Assembly: GCA_020137815.1 (NCBI GenBank)
Contig: CM035351.1
Span: 3,596,001 to 3,660,000, forward strand
DNA: 64,000 nt
From: Hormiphora californensis
Taxonomy: Eukaryota; Animalia; Ctenophora
Direction of reading: 5' to 3'
Shown: piece after piece, positions 12,538 to 25,078 of the stretch
Layout: each line of letters starts with the position of its first letter
How positions within the stretch are numbered: the first letter of the stretch is position 1
The notes under the pieces: model-generated
What the model was told of the DNA's origin: nothing
Database searches by the model: none
Seen by the model: the letters and a program-made list of their open reading frames with translations, nothing else
Program-made: the position numbers and the translations under genes

Positions 12538-12750
12538 ACCAGGTTTAGCTGAATTAGCTTGGAACCCACTTGAGAATGGACCCGTAGAAATGTTCCTGCT
12601 GGACTTGTTTTTCATCAACAGCGAAAGAGAGAGAATGTGTGAGATTGTGAGAGGGAGAGACTAGAGAGTAAGTTCTTCTATCTGATCTAGCAGGGTTCCA
12701 TCAGCAGTTATTTAATTTCGGATTTACCAAAGCTGAAAGCAAAGGACGTG
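12228..12750. mobile_element. Foldback/MITE with ~200-bp inverted arms and a (CT)n loop
   Basis: cacgtcctttgctttcagctttggtaaatcc...ctggtcacag mirrored by ctgtgaccagg...gaaagcaaaggacgtg; (CT)n at ~12471-12534. No clear TSD. Confidence 0.88.
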
Positions 12751-13341
12751 CTCATATCCATTATTCAGAATTTGACAACTCATGAATTATTCTCTCTGCA
12801 GTCTGCCACGGTAGCATCAATGCCACACCCAAATCATCACACAGCTGCCATCACAGCCCCAATGAAAACACCTTATGTAACGCGCGAAGTGTGAGGTGTG
12901 ATACTGTGCGCGCGAAACTGGTAACTTGCTGGCAACGAGACGCTGGGTCGCCAAATTGAATCGCCAGCGTCCAGCTTGAACGACCGTTCACCGTTGTTGA
13001 CACTTGACAATCCACACTTACAATTGACATCAGGTGGGACACACATAACTCATCCAATAATACCAACCTTTCGTAAACATTAGCTGTGTGTAACATGACA
13101 AAATAAAACTGCTAAGTTTTTAGTTTTTACGAAACCGAAATAACGAAATTCTACACTGGTTTGTTTCACATAATGGGTGGTCACGAAAAGTTGAGCATTC
13201 TGCATTTCATAATAGGCGGGTCACGCTCCGGTTTCACCTTCATTCTCCCTCTACATATCAGTGTCTTCTGAATAACTTAGATTTAACAGTTTCACTTTCA
13301 GTTTCACTTTCAAGTTTCACTCCTATTTACAGAAAATTTGT

Positions 13342-16283
13342 CTATAAATGCTTGGCCATCAACTTCTTGATTTCGGCGATTGCCTTGCCGGGATTCAGGC
13401 CCTTGGGACATGTCTTCGTGCAGTTCATGATGGTGTGACATCGGTATACTGAGAACGGGTCAGACAACTTCTCCAGACGCTCCTGTGAGGAGAGGGAAAT
13501 AACTGTTACTGTGAACTTTGGATGAAAACATGGATTTTTTGTTGTCTCATGGCGTACTGGGTGATTGCCAACCAGCGTATCAAAGGAAATGATCCATCAG
13601 TTTGGTTATCAAAAAGGGGCAGATAACCCGCAGAAACCATATTTGCTCTCTTATCTGATGGATTTACCTTGGTCTTGTGGTCCCGTGAGTCAGCGAGCCA
13701 CCTGTAACTCTGCAGAAGGACAGCAGGTCCCAGATATTTGTCACTGTTCCACCAGTAGGATGGGCAGGAGGTGGAACAACATGCGCACAGAATGCACTCG
13801 TACCTGGAAATGGTTTAGTGTTACAGTCGGACCCCGATTTAGGGGCCCCCGATTTAGTGGCACCCCGATTTAGGGACAGGATTTTTTTCCCCCGATATAG
13901 GAAATTTACCTTATTTGGCCCCGATTTAGTGGACAAGAGCCTTTCCCCCGAGGGTGTCCCTAAATCGGGGTCCGACTGTAGTAGTGTGCACTGTGTATAT
14001 CAGCGGTGTATAAAACAGGAATGTCTGTGTGAATGTACAACAGGGGAGTCACGTGACTGGCAACGCGCACCCACCAATGCGCGTGCTCTTGAGATAGACC
14101 TCCGCGCCCGCTCACCAGTCGGCACTGTGCCAAGGCAATGTCACACTCTCTGAGGTCACACACAGACACAAACACACGTACGCGGTATTACAGATCACAA
14201 ATTGGGGAATTCACTGTCACATGGTACTTACAGTCCGTCCAATTTCTTTCTGTCTTCCACAGACTGGTGCAACTGCTCCTTGCCATAATCAATATCTGTC
14301 TCCTGCTGAAGCCAGGGCTGGACACTGGCGTATTGGTCAAAGAAGTGAGTCATATCTGGGACGAGGTCCTTAACAACGTACATATGGGGCAGAGGGTAGA
14401 TCTTAACAGACTTGCTGGTGTCTGGATCAATTCGACTGAAAGGGGGAATTTGTTTTGTTCGAAAGAGTTCAGTCAGAGAAAGATTTAGTTTATCGGATAG
14501 AACTTCTTCTGTGATCTGATAGAGAAACGCTAAGAAGCACTTTTAAAATAACCTTAGTTGAGCACAGAAACTTCTAGAATCCCCAGTATGAGATAAGACT
14601 GTAATAAAAACACAGATAAACCCTAAAGTTCTCTCTACTATTTATATATATATATTCATCCTGCTTGGAAAGCGCAGTTCTCTAAGCAAAGTCTCTTTTG
14701 ATCCAGTTATTAACTTTGGAGGAACGGAAATCTCCCCCAGTGAATGTAGTGGAACAGATGGTAAAACCCTGGGAATTCTCTTGGATCATAACCTTGGCCT
14801 TGAACGACAGGTTAACAATGTGAGGAAACAGTGTGGACTGATGTTACGAAACCTTTGGCAACTGCACAGGTGTTTTGATATCCCAACAAAGATAATGTTG
14901 GTCAAACAGTTGATTTTATCGAGGATAGACTACAGTAACATTCTGTATTGTGGACTTCCTGGTCGAGTTCTCAGTGGGCTCCAGAAGCTTCTCAATGCCT
15001 GTGTTCGTTTTGTATTTAACCTCCACGGACACCAGGACAACTACATGGAGTATTTCAGGCAATGTCATATTTTACCGATCTCCTACAGGTTGGACTTCAA
15101 AGCATGTTTGATTGCCTACAAAATAGTCAATGGAACAGCCCCGTGTTATCTCCAGGATTTGGTGCCACGTGATGAGACTTGGGGAACCTCTAGGACAACG
15201 AGGATGACTAATGTTCCGGATCCCTATAGGTTAAAACATCCAAAGATGACCAGTATCAATGCCAACTCTAAGTTGAGACGTAGGAGGTTATCAGTATTCC
15301 TGCCCTCTGTCTGGAATGAGCTTCCTCTTGAGCTCAGGTCAATCCCCAATGTGGATACTTTCAAAACCCGGCTGAAAACACATCTCTTCGTTGGTGCATT
15401 TGGAGTGGGTGATGGGGAACCCATGGCTGAGTTGTAATGTTTGTTGTAGTTGTGGGGCCTGCGGGCAATCAGTGTCATCCTCTCTCTAGCCATGTTATTA
15501 ATTCATTACCTAGTATCCTTTTTTCGAGCAGGTGTGAGTATAGTGTGTTTTAATTTATATCTACAGGATTATGGGACCAGTTATTCCCTCAGTTTTATAA
15601 GTCAAGTTTATTTAGTCGTCTATATATTGTTTTTCAACCAGAGCTGTTCGAGTGTGTCATATAAGTAGTCGAGGATATACCGCTCTGATGATTCGGCGGA
15701 ACATCGTCAATATTTTGACATGTCTCTGTCGGGTATGGGCGGTATATAAGCGCGGAATATTATTATTATTATTATTATATACCTGATGCAGGCGAGAGTG
15801 TTGGTGCCTCCAATGTTCATACTGCACGACCCACAAATGCCCTCTCTACAGCTCCTCCTGAAAGTCAGGGTGGGGTCTAGCTCGTTCTTGATCTTCATGA
15901 GAGCGTCCAGGACCATGGGACCACACTCGTCAAGGTTTACCTGTTTAGGGAGGAGTTAGGAAACTCTTCATCTCACCCCAAATGGGCTATCTTGAACCCC
16001 CTCTCTGTCTTTTATCTCTCTCTTTTTTCCCCCATCTAACTCTCAATCTATCCGCCATCTCCATCTCCTTCTCCAATATCTCCCCCAATATCTCTCTCCT
16101 TAGTCCTTCTACCTTGTAGGAGTCCATATGGGGCTTGTCTCCCGGCTTCTCAGGATTCCACCTATAAATCTGGAAAGTCTTCTCCCTAGTGGCAGGGAGG
16201 GGCGCTGTTGTTGCCTTTGTCCTGGCCATGGCTCCCGCGAGAAGTCGGACATTCGAGAAACGTAATGATGCCATACTAGACAT
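13342..16283 (-). CDS. SDHB: Succinate dehydrogenase iron-sulfur subunit; exons 16283-16113, 15940-15783, 14435-14232, 13803-13668, 13482-13342
   Basis: [80 protein letters not shown]; GT-AG junctions keep frame. Confidence 0.97.
13824..13978. mobile_element. Pogo/Tigger-type MITE in SDHB intron 3
   Basis: TA-cagtcggaccccgatttag ... ctaaatcggggtccgactg-TA with internal ccccgatttag repeats; a degraded relative lies at ~34820-34878. Confidence 0.9.
14655..15780 (+). mobile_element. 5'-truncated L2/CR1-group LINE in SDHB intron 2 (antisense to SDHB)
   Basis: Post-RT C-terminal region [45 protein letters not shown]...[10 protein letters not shown] (ORF ends 15437); 3' UTR ends in (TAT)n; 5' end abuts (TA)n. 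Confidence 0.88.
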
Positions 16284-16533
16284 ACACTAGGCTACAAAAT
16301 TAGTGGAGGGGTAGTAATAAATTGGAGAAGGGGGGTGTGCCATAGCTAGGGGAAATATAGGCAATACAAGGCAGTTTAATATAAGATGCTAATAATTTAG
16401 AGATATGAACACAGTCAATACAATTGACCAACAAAAAACATTCTCTTCCCCTGAACACATGGGAAAATTAACGATGCACAAACTAACATAGGTAAAAAAC
16501 AATAAAATCATAGAAATATTTAGGAAGCTCTGT

Positions 16534-17476
16534 CTAAGCTTTCCTATTGCACCCCTCAATTAGGCCCAGCACACAGCGGAGTCCATTGTCAGAGCCTCTA
16601 GCCCTCTCCCCAAACCTGTTAGCAGCAAAACTGAAAAAGTAGTGAGTTAGGAGCATCTATAGTGAGTTAGGATTAGGGTTACATCGTGAGCTAGGGTTAG
16701 CTAATTAATAGATAATACGAATAGTAACTAGGTAGTAACCCAGGCCATGTAAAAACCCCATACTTTTTGAGTGCCCCAATAGTGGCAGTGATAGTAGCCC
16801 GTCGTTCCAATATCGTTTCCTTGATGTTTTCCCGTCGATACTGTAAACTCTCTACACACTTCCCAAACTTTGTGTGATTGATATTCTCCTGATTCACCCA
16901 CAACTGCTCCGATAGCGGATCAACCTAGCAAGGATAAGGGTGTCAATATCAATAGGGACCTGCTCTCCCAACACAACATGGACAGGGACGGGGACATTGT
17001 ACTGGTAATTGGTAGTTGGTACCCAGTTGTAGTAACTAAAAGTTGTCTAGTGTAACGTACCACAGAGGTTTCTGTTACAAAGACAGGCTTTGTTGGAAGT
17101 CTGAGAAAAGAAGTAAATCTATCAAGAGTTGAAGCCTTCTGGATGAGTCGAGTGGTGTAAAGTTTACCATCCTTCACATACTGATCAACAGTATCCTGGT
17201 GATTGGAGGAGATTAAATTAGCAATCTTGAAGAAAGTTAAATATTTCGATTTTTGAGCCCAATGATTCAGCTAAGAAAGTGCAAGTGTGGTTTTATTTCA
17301 GACTTTGGAGCCCAAAGGGACGAAGATATTGAAACAACTGGATAACTTACCACAGTCATGATATGGCTAGCGTTAGGGTTGGGATATCGATCAAAGAAGG
17401 CAGACGAGACCTCGCCCCACGGCCTGTCGAAGGAGGTACTGTGCTCGAAAACACGTGCTCCCTCATCCTCAGCCAT
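16534..17476 (-). CDS. PRELI/Ups (SLMO) family mitochondrial lipid transfer protein; 4 exons
   Basis: FEHSTSFDRPWGEVSSAFFDRYPNPNASHI..DTV...DGKLYTTRLI, V.ETSVVDP; GT-AG junctions at 17351/17195, 17061/16924 and a final exon ending in TAG at 16534. Confidence 0.85.
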
Positions 17477-17806
17477 GCTAGACACTGTCTAGTGGACTTG
17501 CTAATATAATAGTAGTGGGTTAATGAGGGGAGGGAGAGAGACACTGTCTAGTGGACTTGCTAGTAGTAATAGTGGGTTAGTGTGGGCAGGGAGAGAGACA
17601 CTGTCTAGTGGACTTGCTATAGTTCGAGAGTGTTAGAGAGGGTTAGAATCTAACCCGTTAGATGGACCAGTGAGGGACCAGTGATTGGGAGATTTAAACA
17701 ATTGGAATTGATAGTTTAATTATCATGGCAAAGTGTATACAAAGGCAATAAAAACATTTAAATAGAAGATAAAACTTAGTCTGGTCAGGCAGCTAACTAT
17801 TTTCCT

Positions 17807-19871
17807 TCACGATCCACTCGCCTGAGAAGAGAGAGGGAAATCTGGTAAAATCTCGCACAGAGAGAAACAAATAAACATCAGTTTTACTTGTATCATCACT
17901 CACTCACATTACTACGGAAAAGTCCTGTGCTATCTGAGAATGGGGTTGGGCACACTTGAGACATGACTCGGCCCTTCTTCCTTATCTCGAATATATTGCT
18001 TTCATCTTTGTATAGGACCTGGGGAGTGGGGAAGGAATGTGATATTTAGTGTGTTGTATCATCAAATATCATATAGCGACAAATGATATAATTAGATGTC
18101 AGAACTGTTAGTAAATGTGTTATAGAAAACACGTACACTAGAAACGGAAATAGACATACATTTGTAGCTACGATTGCCTTGTCTTATTTCAAACTGGCCT
18201 TATAACACCATAAATTATTGATTACAACTATTATATGATCACAGACGGATATAACAGTACAACTTGAGCCAGGCGCAGACAAGGCCCCGTGCGAGGTATA
18301 ACAGTCTAACCGAACCAAACCAAACTATGATCACCCCTTACCTTTCTAAAGTTCAGATAAAAGTCCTTCTGTAGTTTGATATCCTCGTGGAGGGTGTGTA
18401 TCTTGCTAGCTAGGGCCACAAATATCTGGTGCATCCGACTCAGTGTTGCTCCGATATTAGCCGTGGTCACACTGTTACTGTCACATGTCATCACACTCTC
18501 TATCTCATCTATCTGATCAGGGAAAGGGGAGACGTGTTAGCTCAACTACAATGTGACTGTAACACAGAGAATACAATACTGAACAGGCAATGAGTAGGTG
18601 TGTCATAATGTGATGGTAACATAGAGAAATGAGAAACTACCATCATAATGTGATGGTAACATAGAGAAATGATAAATGAAATATTAAAACATGTTGATAC
18701 CAACCTGCACTTTGTAGGCTTGTATTGCCTCTTCAAACTGGCTCACTAGCTTATGGAAGTACTCCATGGGCTGAGATATCTCAAATGGGAGGTTGGTCGA
18801 GTCCTTCGTTCGCTGCGCTATCTACAGGGAGAGAGAGGGAAGAATTGTAAATCAGTCATGTACTCATGTCAGTGACTGACATGTCACCATCAGCTTGACT
18901 ACTAAACTTAACATTGGGCGTTTTAATATACTATGTTTAAGTATCGATACGAGGACCCGAATTTAACCCCAAAAACACATACCTCACAGTTCTTTAGTTC
19001 TGTTGTAACTGAGGTTTTCAGTGTTGAGACAGCAGCAGTATCCGTTGTTAAAGATCGGGCAAGATACCGCACACTTTTCGTAAGGAACTCAATCTCCTCC
19101 TTCACTTTGTCGATTGAGGCAGGAGAGAACCGACTTATCCCGTCCTTCAACTCCTTCTGCTCCTTTAGAAATTTTTTCATCTCATCGACGAGTTTACAGA
19201 CTGGTTCCGGTACGGTTTCGTTTCGCCAAGCTTTCGGCCCCGTTGTCTTGGCAGTGTCCGATCTAATTCCACCCAATGTTACCGTCTCCTCTGGTTTAGA
19301 AGCAGCAGGAGCTGTAGCTGTAGTACCTCCGAACAAACTGGGAGCGGCAGAGGTAGCCGCTGTTGTGGTCCCAAACAATCCCCCAGTTTTGTTGGCAGTA
19401 CTACTTCCAAATAGGCTAGGAGCTGCAGCTGCAGTAGAAGTGGCGGAGAACAGGCTACTACCGGTGGAGGACGTGGCTGTATTGGCGGAGAGGTTATTCG
19501 TGCCAAACAGAGACGTGGTTGCTGCTGAAGACGCTGCTGGTGCTGTTCCAAACAAACCTGAATACATGAGGATTTCAATAATGCTACATTCAACCTAGAT
19601 GCATGTGCATGATCAGTCATCAATACTTATCATATGTGATTGAATTAACGGCACTAATTAACCTACCACCAGTTGATGCTGTGGTTGTTGCTGCTGCAGA
19701 TGATTGCACCCCGAACAGTGTTCCCGCACTGACTGTGTTCGTAGTACCAAGAGAGGGGGTGGTTGAGGCAGCTGATTTGTTACCAAATAAACTCGTCGTA
19801 CCACCAGTGCTACCAAACAAAGATGTTCCACCAGCGGCAGGTGTGGCTGTGCTCCCAAACGAAAAAGTCAT
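17807..19871 (-). CDS. NUP58: FG nucleoporin Nup58/p45 (multi-exon)
   Basis: N-terminal SLFG/GLFG repeats, then coiled coil (VPEPVCKLVDEMKKFLKEQK, PMEYFHKLVSQFE, LSRMHQIFVALASKIHTLHE..K.QK..YLNFRK). The last exon and stop are approximate. Confidence 0.85.
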
Positions 19872-20147
19872 TGCTAAAAGAATGGCAAAAGTTTACAAGT
19901 AGTATTATAATTTACAACACACCAAGCCAGGAACCCCGAAACATGAAAAAGCACGGAGAAATATTGGCAAACGCAGAGCGGTATAAGGCAGCGCTTTTCA
20001 AGGACAAATAAGTTTTCCTCGAAAATGTTTCGATCTGCCCCACGCGACCTGTTGGATTTTGGAAAGATGATTTTGAACAACCAACGCTCAGGACAACTCT
20101 TCTGGTCACGAGGAAAAGTTGGCAAATGCTACGCAGGACGGGTCAAG

Positions 20148-20441
20148 AGGGATCCCTAAAAAAGTTCAGTATTTACACAGAGTTTACACAGTCTTTACAC
20201 AGTCATTACACCCAGAGCGGCGCGTTCTGCGTTTTGCGGCTTTTTCTAAGAAAATATTGGATTGTGTGCTGCACAATTGAGTAAATTGAGCGCTGCGGCG
20301 AAAAAAGTTTCCGAAAACGCTGCAAATCGAGTGCGAAAGACGCAGTCTTTACACCCAGAGCGGCGCGGGCGCTCTGGGTGTAACGACTGTGTAAAGACTG
20401 TGTAAACTCTGTGTAAATACTGAACTTTTTTAGGGATCCCT
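20148..20441. mobile_element. MITE with ~70-bp TIRs and tttacacag subrepeats
   Basis: agggatccctaaaaaagttcagtatttacacagagtttacacagtc... mirrored at the right end. Confidence 0.85.
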
Positions 20442-20769
20442 AGACTTTTCAAGAGGTTACGTTTTTTTCAAGTTTTTCAAAAGACAAAATTTAAACCAAG
20501 ACGCGAGATTTAAAAATTTCTCTTCAAAATGAAATCATTTTATGAAGCGCGGCTCAAAATGCAACGTTTTCGAAAACTTTTATGCGCACTCCATTTAATA
20601 CGCGCCGCGGCAGCGCATAAATGATAAATAAGGTTTTATTTAAAATTCAAAATTTCGAATAAAAAATGAAAATTTTGAAAACTTCGATTTTTTTTCTTCG
20701 CTAAAAATTGGAATGCGCTGCAGCCCCCTCATGCGCGCACCCCCGCAACGAGGCCCCTTATATTATATT

Positions 20770-22130
20770 ATAAGGATGTTTGCCGCTGGGTAACGGATGT
20801 CACAGCGATCTCCAAAATTGCTGAAACTGAACCCCAGGCAGCATACTCGGCTTTCTGTATGGGGCTGTCTAAGAGATTTCTCTTTCTAATGAGGACGACC
20901 CCGAACATCTCTGAGCTCTTCAGGCCCTTGGAGTCAACAATTTCATCTGTTCTCCTTCCAGCTATCCTCAACAACCACTTCACCCCTCTACACCGTGAAC
21001 TGTTTTCCCTGCCTTGCAGAAACGGAGGACTTGGTATTGAAAATCCATGTGAAGTCGCGGATCTTGAGCACCAACGATCCCTTCATGCAACTGCACCGCT
21101 CTCTCAGATTATTACTGAACAGAACATAAATATTACTGATGAGAGAGCGGTTGCAGTTGCTAAGGGGTTAAAAACAGCCAAGCAGGAAGTAATTCAGATG
21201 AAAAAAGAACACCATAAAAATCGTTTATCTGCTGTTTCCGACCAGCTAGCCCCAGACTATCGCAGACTCCATGATGAGCTTTGTAGACGTGGCTCTTCCA
21301 CCTGGTTGACAACCCTTCCCTTGGAGGAACACGGCTTCAATCTCAACAAATCCGAGTTTCGTGATGCTCTTGCCCTGAGGTATGACCTTTCTCTTCGGGA
21401 GTTTCCCAACCATTGTGCTTGTGGTAAACCAAACTCCATCGAACACTGTCTAACGTGTGCTCGCGGAGGCTATGTGCATCAACCAGATTCGCACAACCAG
21501 ATTCGCGATCTAACTGCCAATCTTCTGGTGGAGGCTGGGTGTACGGATGTTAAAGTGGAGCCCCATCTTCTCCCTCTAACTGGTGAGACACTCCAATATG
21601 CCTGCGCGATCACCAATGATGAGGCACGTCTTGATGTCTCGGCTCGTGGTGTCTGGTCTGACTTAGCAAAACTGTTCATTGATGTCCGCATCTTCAATTC
21701 TCGAGCCCCTACTAACAAATCTTTGCCAGTCAACAAGGTTTTGAAGAAGCACGAGGACGAGAAGAAGCGTGCTTATGGAGAGCGTGTGCTGCAGGTGGAG
21801 AAAAGCTCCTTCACACCAGCTGTTTTCTCTACCTCTGGAATCATGGGCGATGAGGCTGACAAACTTTACAAACAAATTGCCCACCTACTCTCAAAAAAGA
21901 CCAAACAGTCCTACCCCGATTGCATCCGGTATATCAGACAGAGACTATCTTTCTGCCTGTTAAAAACCCTTATCATTAGTCTCCGGGGTCATCGTGGCCA
22001 GAGCCCGAAGAGTTTTAGTGATCGCAATGACATTAACATTTTATACATGATTAAAAACAATAACCAGAATTAATTTATTATATCCAATTTATGTACAGAT
22101 AAGATTGATTTCTATATCCATTTTACTAAT
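20770..22130 (+). mobile_element. 5'-truncated CRE-like non-LTR retrotransposon (zinc knuckle plus restriction-like endonuclease)
   Basis: ORF to 22073: PQAAYSAF, LPCRNGGLGI, SSTWLTTLP, EFRDALALRY, CACG....H...C..GG, HNQIRD, RLDV..RG, DVR, HEDEKKRAY, FTP.VFST.G. Confidence 0.85.
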
Positions 22131-22621
22131 TGAACCGGTACCCCGGCTTTCGCAAATTATAAGGGGCCTGCAACGTATGCCAAAAATTTGAAAACCTAGG
22201 CAGTCTGCGACCTGCGTTTCTATTTTCTGACGGAAACAGGCCACATAAAGACTGAAGACTGAAGCTTAGACCGACCTTAGCCCGCTACTGCTGGCTAAAA
22301 AGGAGCCAAGTTCAGTTTTAGGGTCCATAACGGCAAAACGCGGTCCAATATTCGTCGCACTTGGTGAAAATAGATGCTAAATGCTTCATGTTCCTGAGGG
22401 TGGATACGGCCATCAATTCAAATAGTTGGAATACTTATCAAATCGTGTCGTTTGGTGTTCAATCGAACAATGCTGCAATCTAATAGTTGTTATCCAATTC
22501 CCGACATCAGCCATGGGCCCATATTCCATAATTTGCTAAATGTTCTCAGCCCTTCGCTCTGCTTTATTCCTTAATCTTTACAAATATCGAAAACTTACAT
22601 CTCTCTTCCATTGAAAGCAAT

Positions 22622-23305
22622 ATGGCTCTAGTAAAGTTGGTGAAAGATGTTACGACCTCCGTGCGAGTCATCGGAGGACAAATGTTTAACCCCTTCTGGT
22701 GGCGAAGTGAGGGAAAGAAGAATCTATTGGAGCTGGAGAAGAAAGTGCCGGGAGCAATTGAGAGGGTGAACAAGGGAGAGATCATTCCTGAGTGGGAGTA
22801 CATCACCGAGGGAAAACTCGGATGGGAATACCGACAGGTTCTTGCTGGTAAGAGAGAAACACATTCACTTTTCTCATCAATTATCTCTTGTGTATAAAAT
22901 TAAATACCAAAACCATCCCACTCGCCAATTAAATATCCCCCACTACTTTTCAGGAAACCAGGATCCGTGGTGTCTAGAGAGTGCCCACTACCCCCGATCT
23001 AACCACGCCCGACCCCACATTGTATACACCATGGAGAGTTACAGGGTTATTGGCTGTGTCGATTGCATGGATGATCTTCACTACATCAACTACATCCTCG
23101 TCAAGTCTGGAGAGGTGAGTTTTTCTTTTGTGTGGGACGTCAGTTTTCTTATTTATGACGTACTTTTGTTTCTATTTGATCAGTGATGTAGGGAAGGTAA
23201 CAATTCTCTCCTTTACTTCAGATGGGCCGTTGTCGGGATTGTGGAGCGTGCTATCTCTGTATGCCTCACCCGGAACCCGAGCTGATCTGGCAGGATCATC
23301 ATTAA
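22622..23305 (+). CDS. COX5B: Cytochrome c oxidase subunit 5B; exons 22622-22847, 22954-23114, 23222-23305
   Basis: Spliced product ...DPW...PHIVYT...YRVIGCVDC.DD...Y..VKSGEMGRCRDCGACYL matches the COX5B zinc-binding pattern R(I/V)VGC...RC..CG..Y. Confidence 0.8.
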
Positions 23306-23588
23306 ACGATGATGTTATTGATGTTGTGCTTCCTTCTAAGTTATTTCCACGGACACTACTCTTAATGTTGTTACAACTCCTAGAATTTAAATGACGCGTA
23401 ATTGAAGTTGATTTCTTTTTCTTAGATGACAATTAATCAATTGCCTCCCCCTCACCATCTTTACCTAATATCATGCCCGACTCAGGATAAAACCTATACA
23501 TTGTAATCCCCCTTTACCCACAATCCCGGCCACTCTAACCATCACGGCCACTCTAACCATCTCCCTGTGTTATAGGTGCTATGAACCC

Positions 23589-24131
23589 ATGACAATGCGG
23601 TGTATCAGGGCGTTCTGCAGCACCCCCTCCTCCCCTAACTACTTCACTCTCTTCTCCCTGACCCCCAGCTACTCCATCGATCTACCCGCCCTCTCGACAC
23701 GATACAAGGAACTGCAAAGCGAATATCATCCTGATAAACACACAAACTCACCAGTTGAGGAACAGGAGAGAGCGGCTACTAAATCTGCACTGCTAAACAA
23801 AGCCTATCGATGCCTGAGAGACCCCTATTGCAGGGCTAAGACCCTTCTTCAGTGTGCTGGACAGGACCCTACTGTGAGCAGTGTGGAGAATGAGTTCCTA
23901 ATGGAAATGATGGATTTTAATGATGAAGTGGAAATGTGTGAGGATTTGGCATCTCTCCAAATTATTAGGGAGGCCAATGAATCGGGTCTGTCTAATCTTT
24001 TTGATGAGTTTGAGCGGTATTTTAGCGAGGGGTATACGGATATTGCCGCTAACAGATTGACTAAGTGTAAATTTTTATTGCAAACCAGGGAACGTATTGA
24101 CCAACGTGAAGATTTTTTGACAGTTTTGTAA
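23589..24131 (+). CDS. HSCB: Fe-S cluster co-chaperone Hsc20/Jac1
   Basis: NYFTLF...Y.ID, LQSEYHPDK (J-domain HPD), S..LNKAY..LRDP..RA, EFLMEMM. Confidence 0.93.
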   Translation: MTMRCIRAFCSTPSSPNYFTLFSLTPSYSIDLPALSTRYKELQSEYHPDKHTNSPVEEQERAATKSALLNKAYRCLRDPYCRAKTLLQCAGQDPTVSSVENEFLMEMMDFNDEVEMCEDLASLQIIREANESGLSNLFDEFERYFSEGYTDIAANRLTKCKFLLQTRERIDQREDFLTVL

Positions 24132-24248
24132 TTTTTGAGTTTTGTTTTTGTTGTTGAAAGTTTTTGTAAAATATCAGTTCTAGCCTTGATTTCTAACTCC
24201 CCGCCTCAAGTTTATTATCTCTTTAGGAATCCTCCTTGAGACTTCTTG

Positions 24249-24626
24249 ATGGCCCCCAAAAAGCGGAAACCGGCCGCTGCAAAGAAAACGGAAGAAGAGA
24301 AACCGACCAAGAAACAAAAACAAGAAACAGAGGAAGAAAAAGAGAACGCGACAGAGGGACCTCACTTTTACATTGAGCACTGCAAATCCTGACAAGTCTA
24401 CAAGAGGAACGCTAACAGGGTGGCTGATCTGATAAAAGAGAAACACCCCAATGTCCCAGTTCTAATCAACACCACTAAACCCCGTTCCAAGAGTTTCGAG
24501 ATTTTCTACAGAAACGGAGAGAGGGAGGATGTTATTTGGACGGGGGTCAAAGTTGGACCACCTAGGAAACTCAAGTTTGTTGACGATGAGAAGCTAGGTG
24601 ATCTGTTAGCGGACTTGGAAATGTAA
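24249..24626 (+). CDS. SELENOH: Selenoprotein H (Rdx family, CxxU); Sec encoded by TGA at 24390-24392
   Basis: ATG 24249: MAPKKRK...FYIEHCKS-TGA-QVYKRNA, in frame with the ORF-track fragment (INTTKPRSKSFEI, IWTGVKVGPPRKLKF); 125 aa; SECIS follows. Confidence 0.95.
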
Positions 24627-24637
24627 AGCACACCAGG

Positions 24638-24700
24638 AGGTGGGAAATGACGAGAAACACTCAAACCGTGGACGGAGGTGTTTTTCTGATGAAACACTGA
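24638..24700 (+). promoter_or_regulatory. Eukaryotic SECIS element (type II)
   Basis: ATGAC (24647) - helix gagaaacac/gtgtttttc - unpaired AAA - mini-stem ccgt/acgg - TGAT core. Confidence 0.9.
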
Positions 24701-24821
24701 CTTTTTAATTAATTTATTATTTTTACCAACTTACTATTTTTATACTCACTGAATAATTCACTTTTATTATCGCACAAATTAAATTTATTATTTTGTTAGA
24801 ACTTGTTGTTTTCTTCGACTC

Positions 24822-25078
24822 TGTCCCCTTCACACAACTGTTTCCCTAAAGTGCCGCTTCCCTGTCCTAATAGAATGCCATAGCCTCCCCATTTTCCTGC
24901 CCGAACTGATTCACTATTTTGTCCCCTTCCCTGTTCCAAATCCTAATAGGATGCCCTAACTTGCCCCCCCCCCTTCCCTGTCCAATTGGGATGCCCTAAT
25001 TAGCCCCCTTCCCTGTCCTAAAATGATTCCATAACGTGCCCCCTTCCCTGTCATAATATTAAGATTAAATTAAATAGG
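24822..25078. repeat. Degenerate ~40-bp tandem repeat upstream of ARMC4
   Basis: Five to six copies of ccccttccctgtcctaatag(g)atgcc. Confidence 0.75.

Noticed and set aside
15680-15760. ctgatga in the L2-like 3' UTR as a hammerhead
   Set aside because: No GAAA or stems in the required arrangement; better explained as the LINE 3' stem-loop region.
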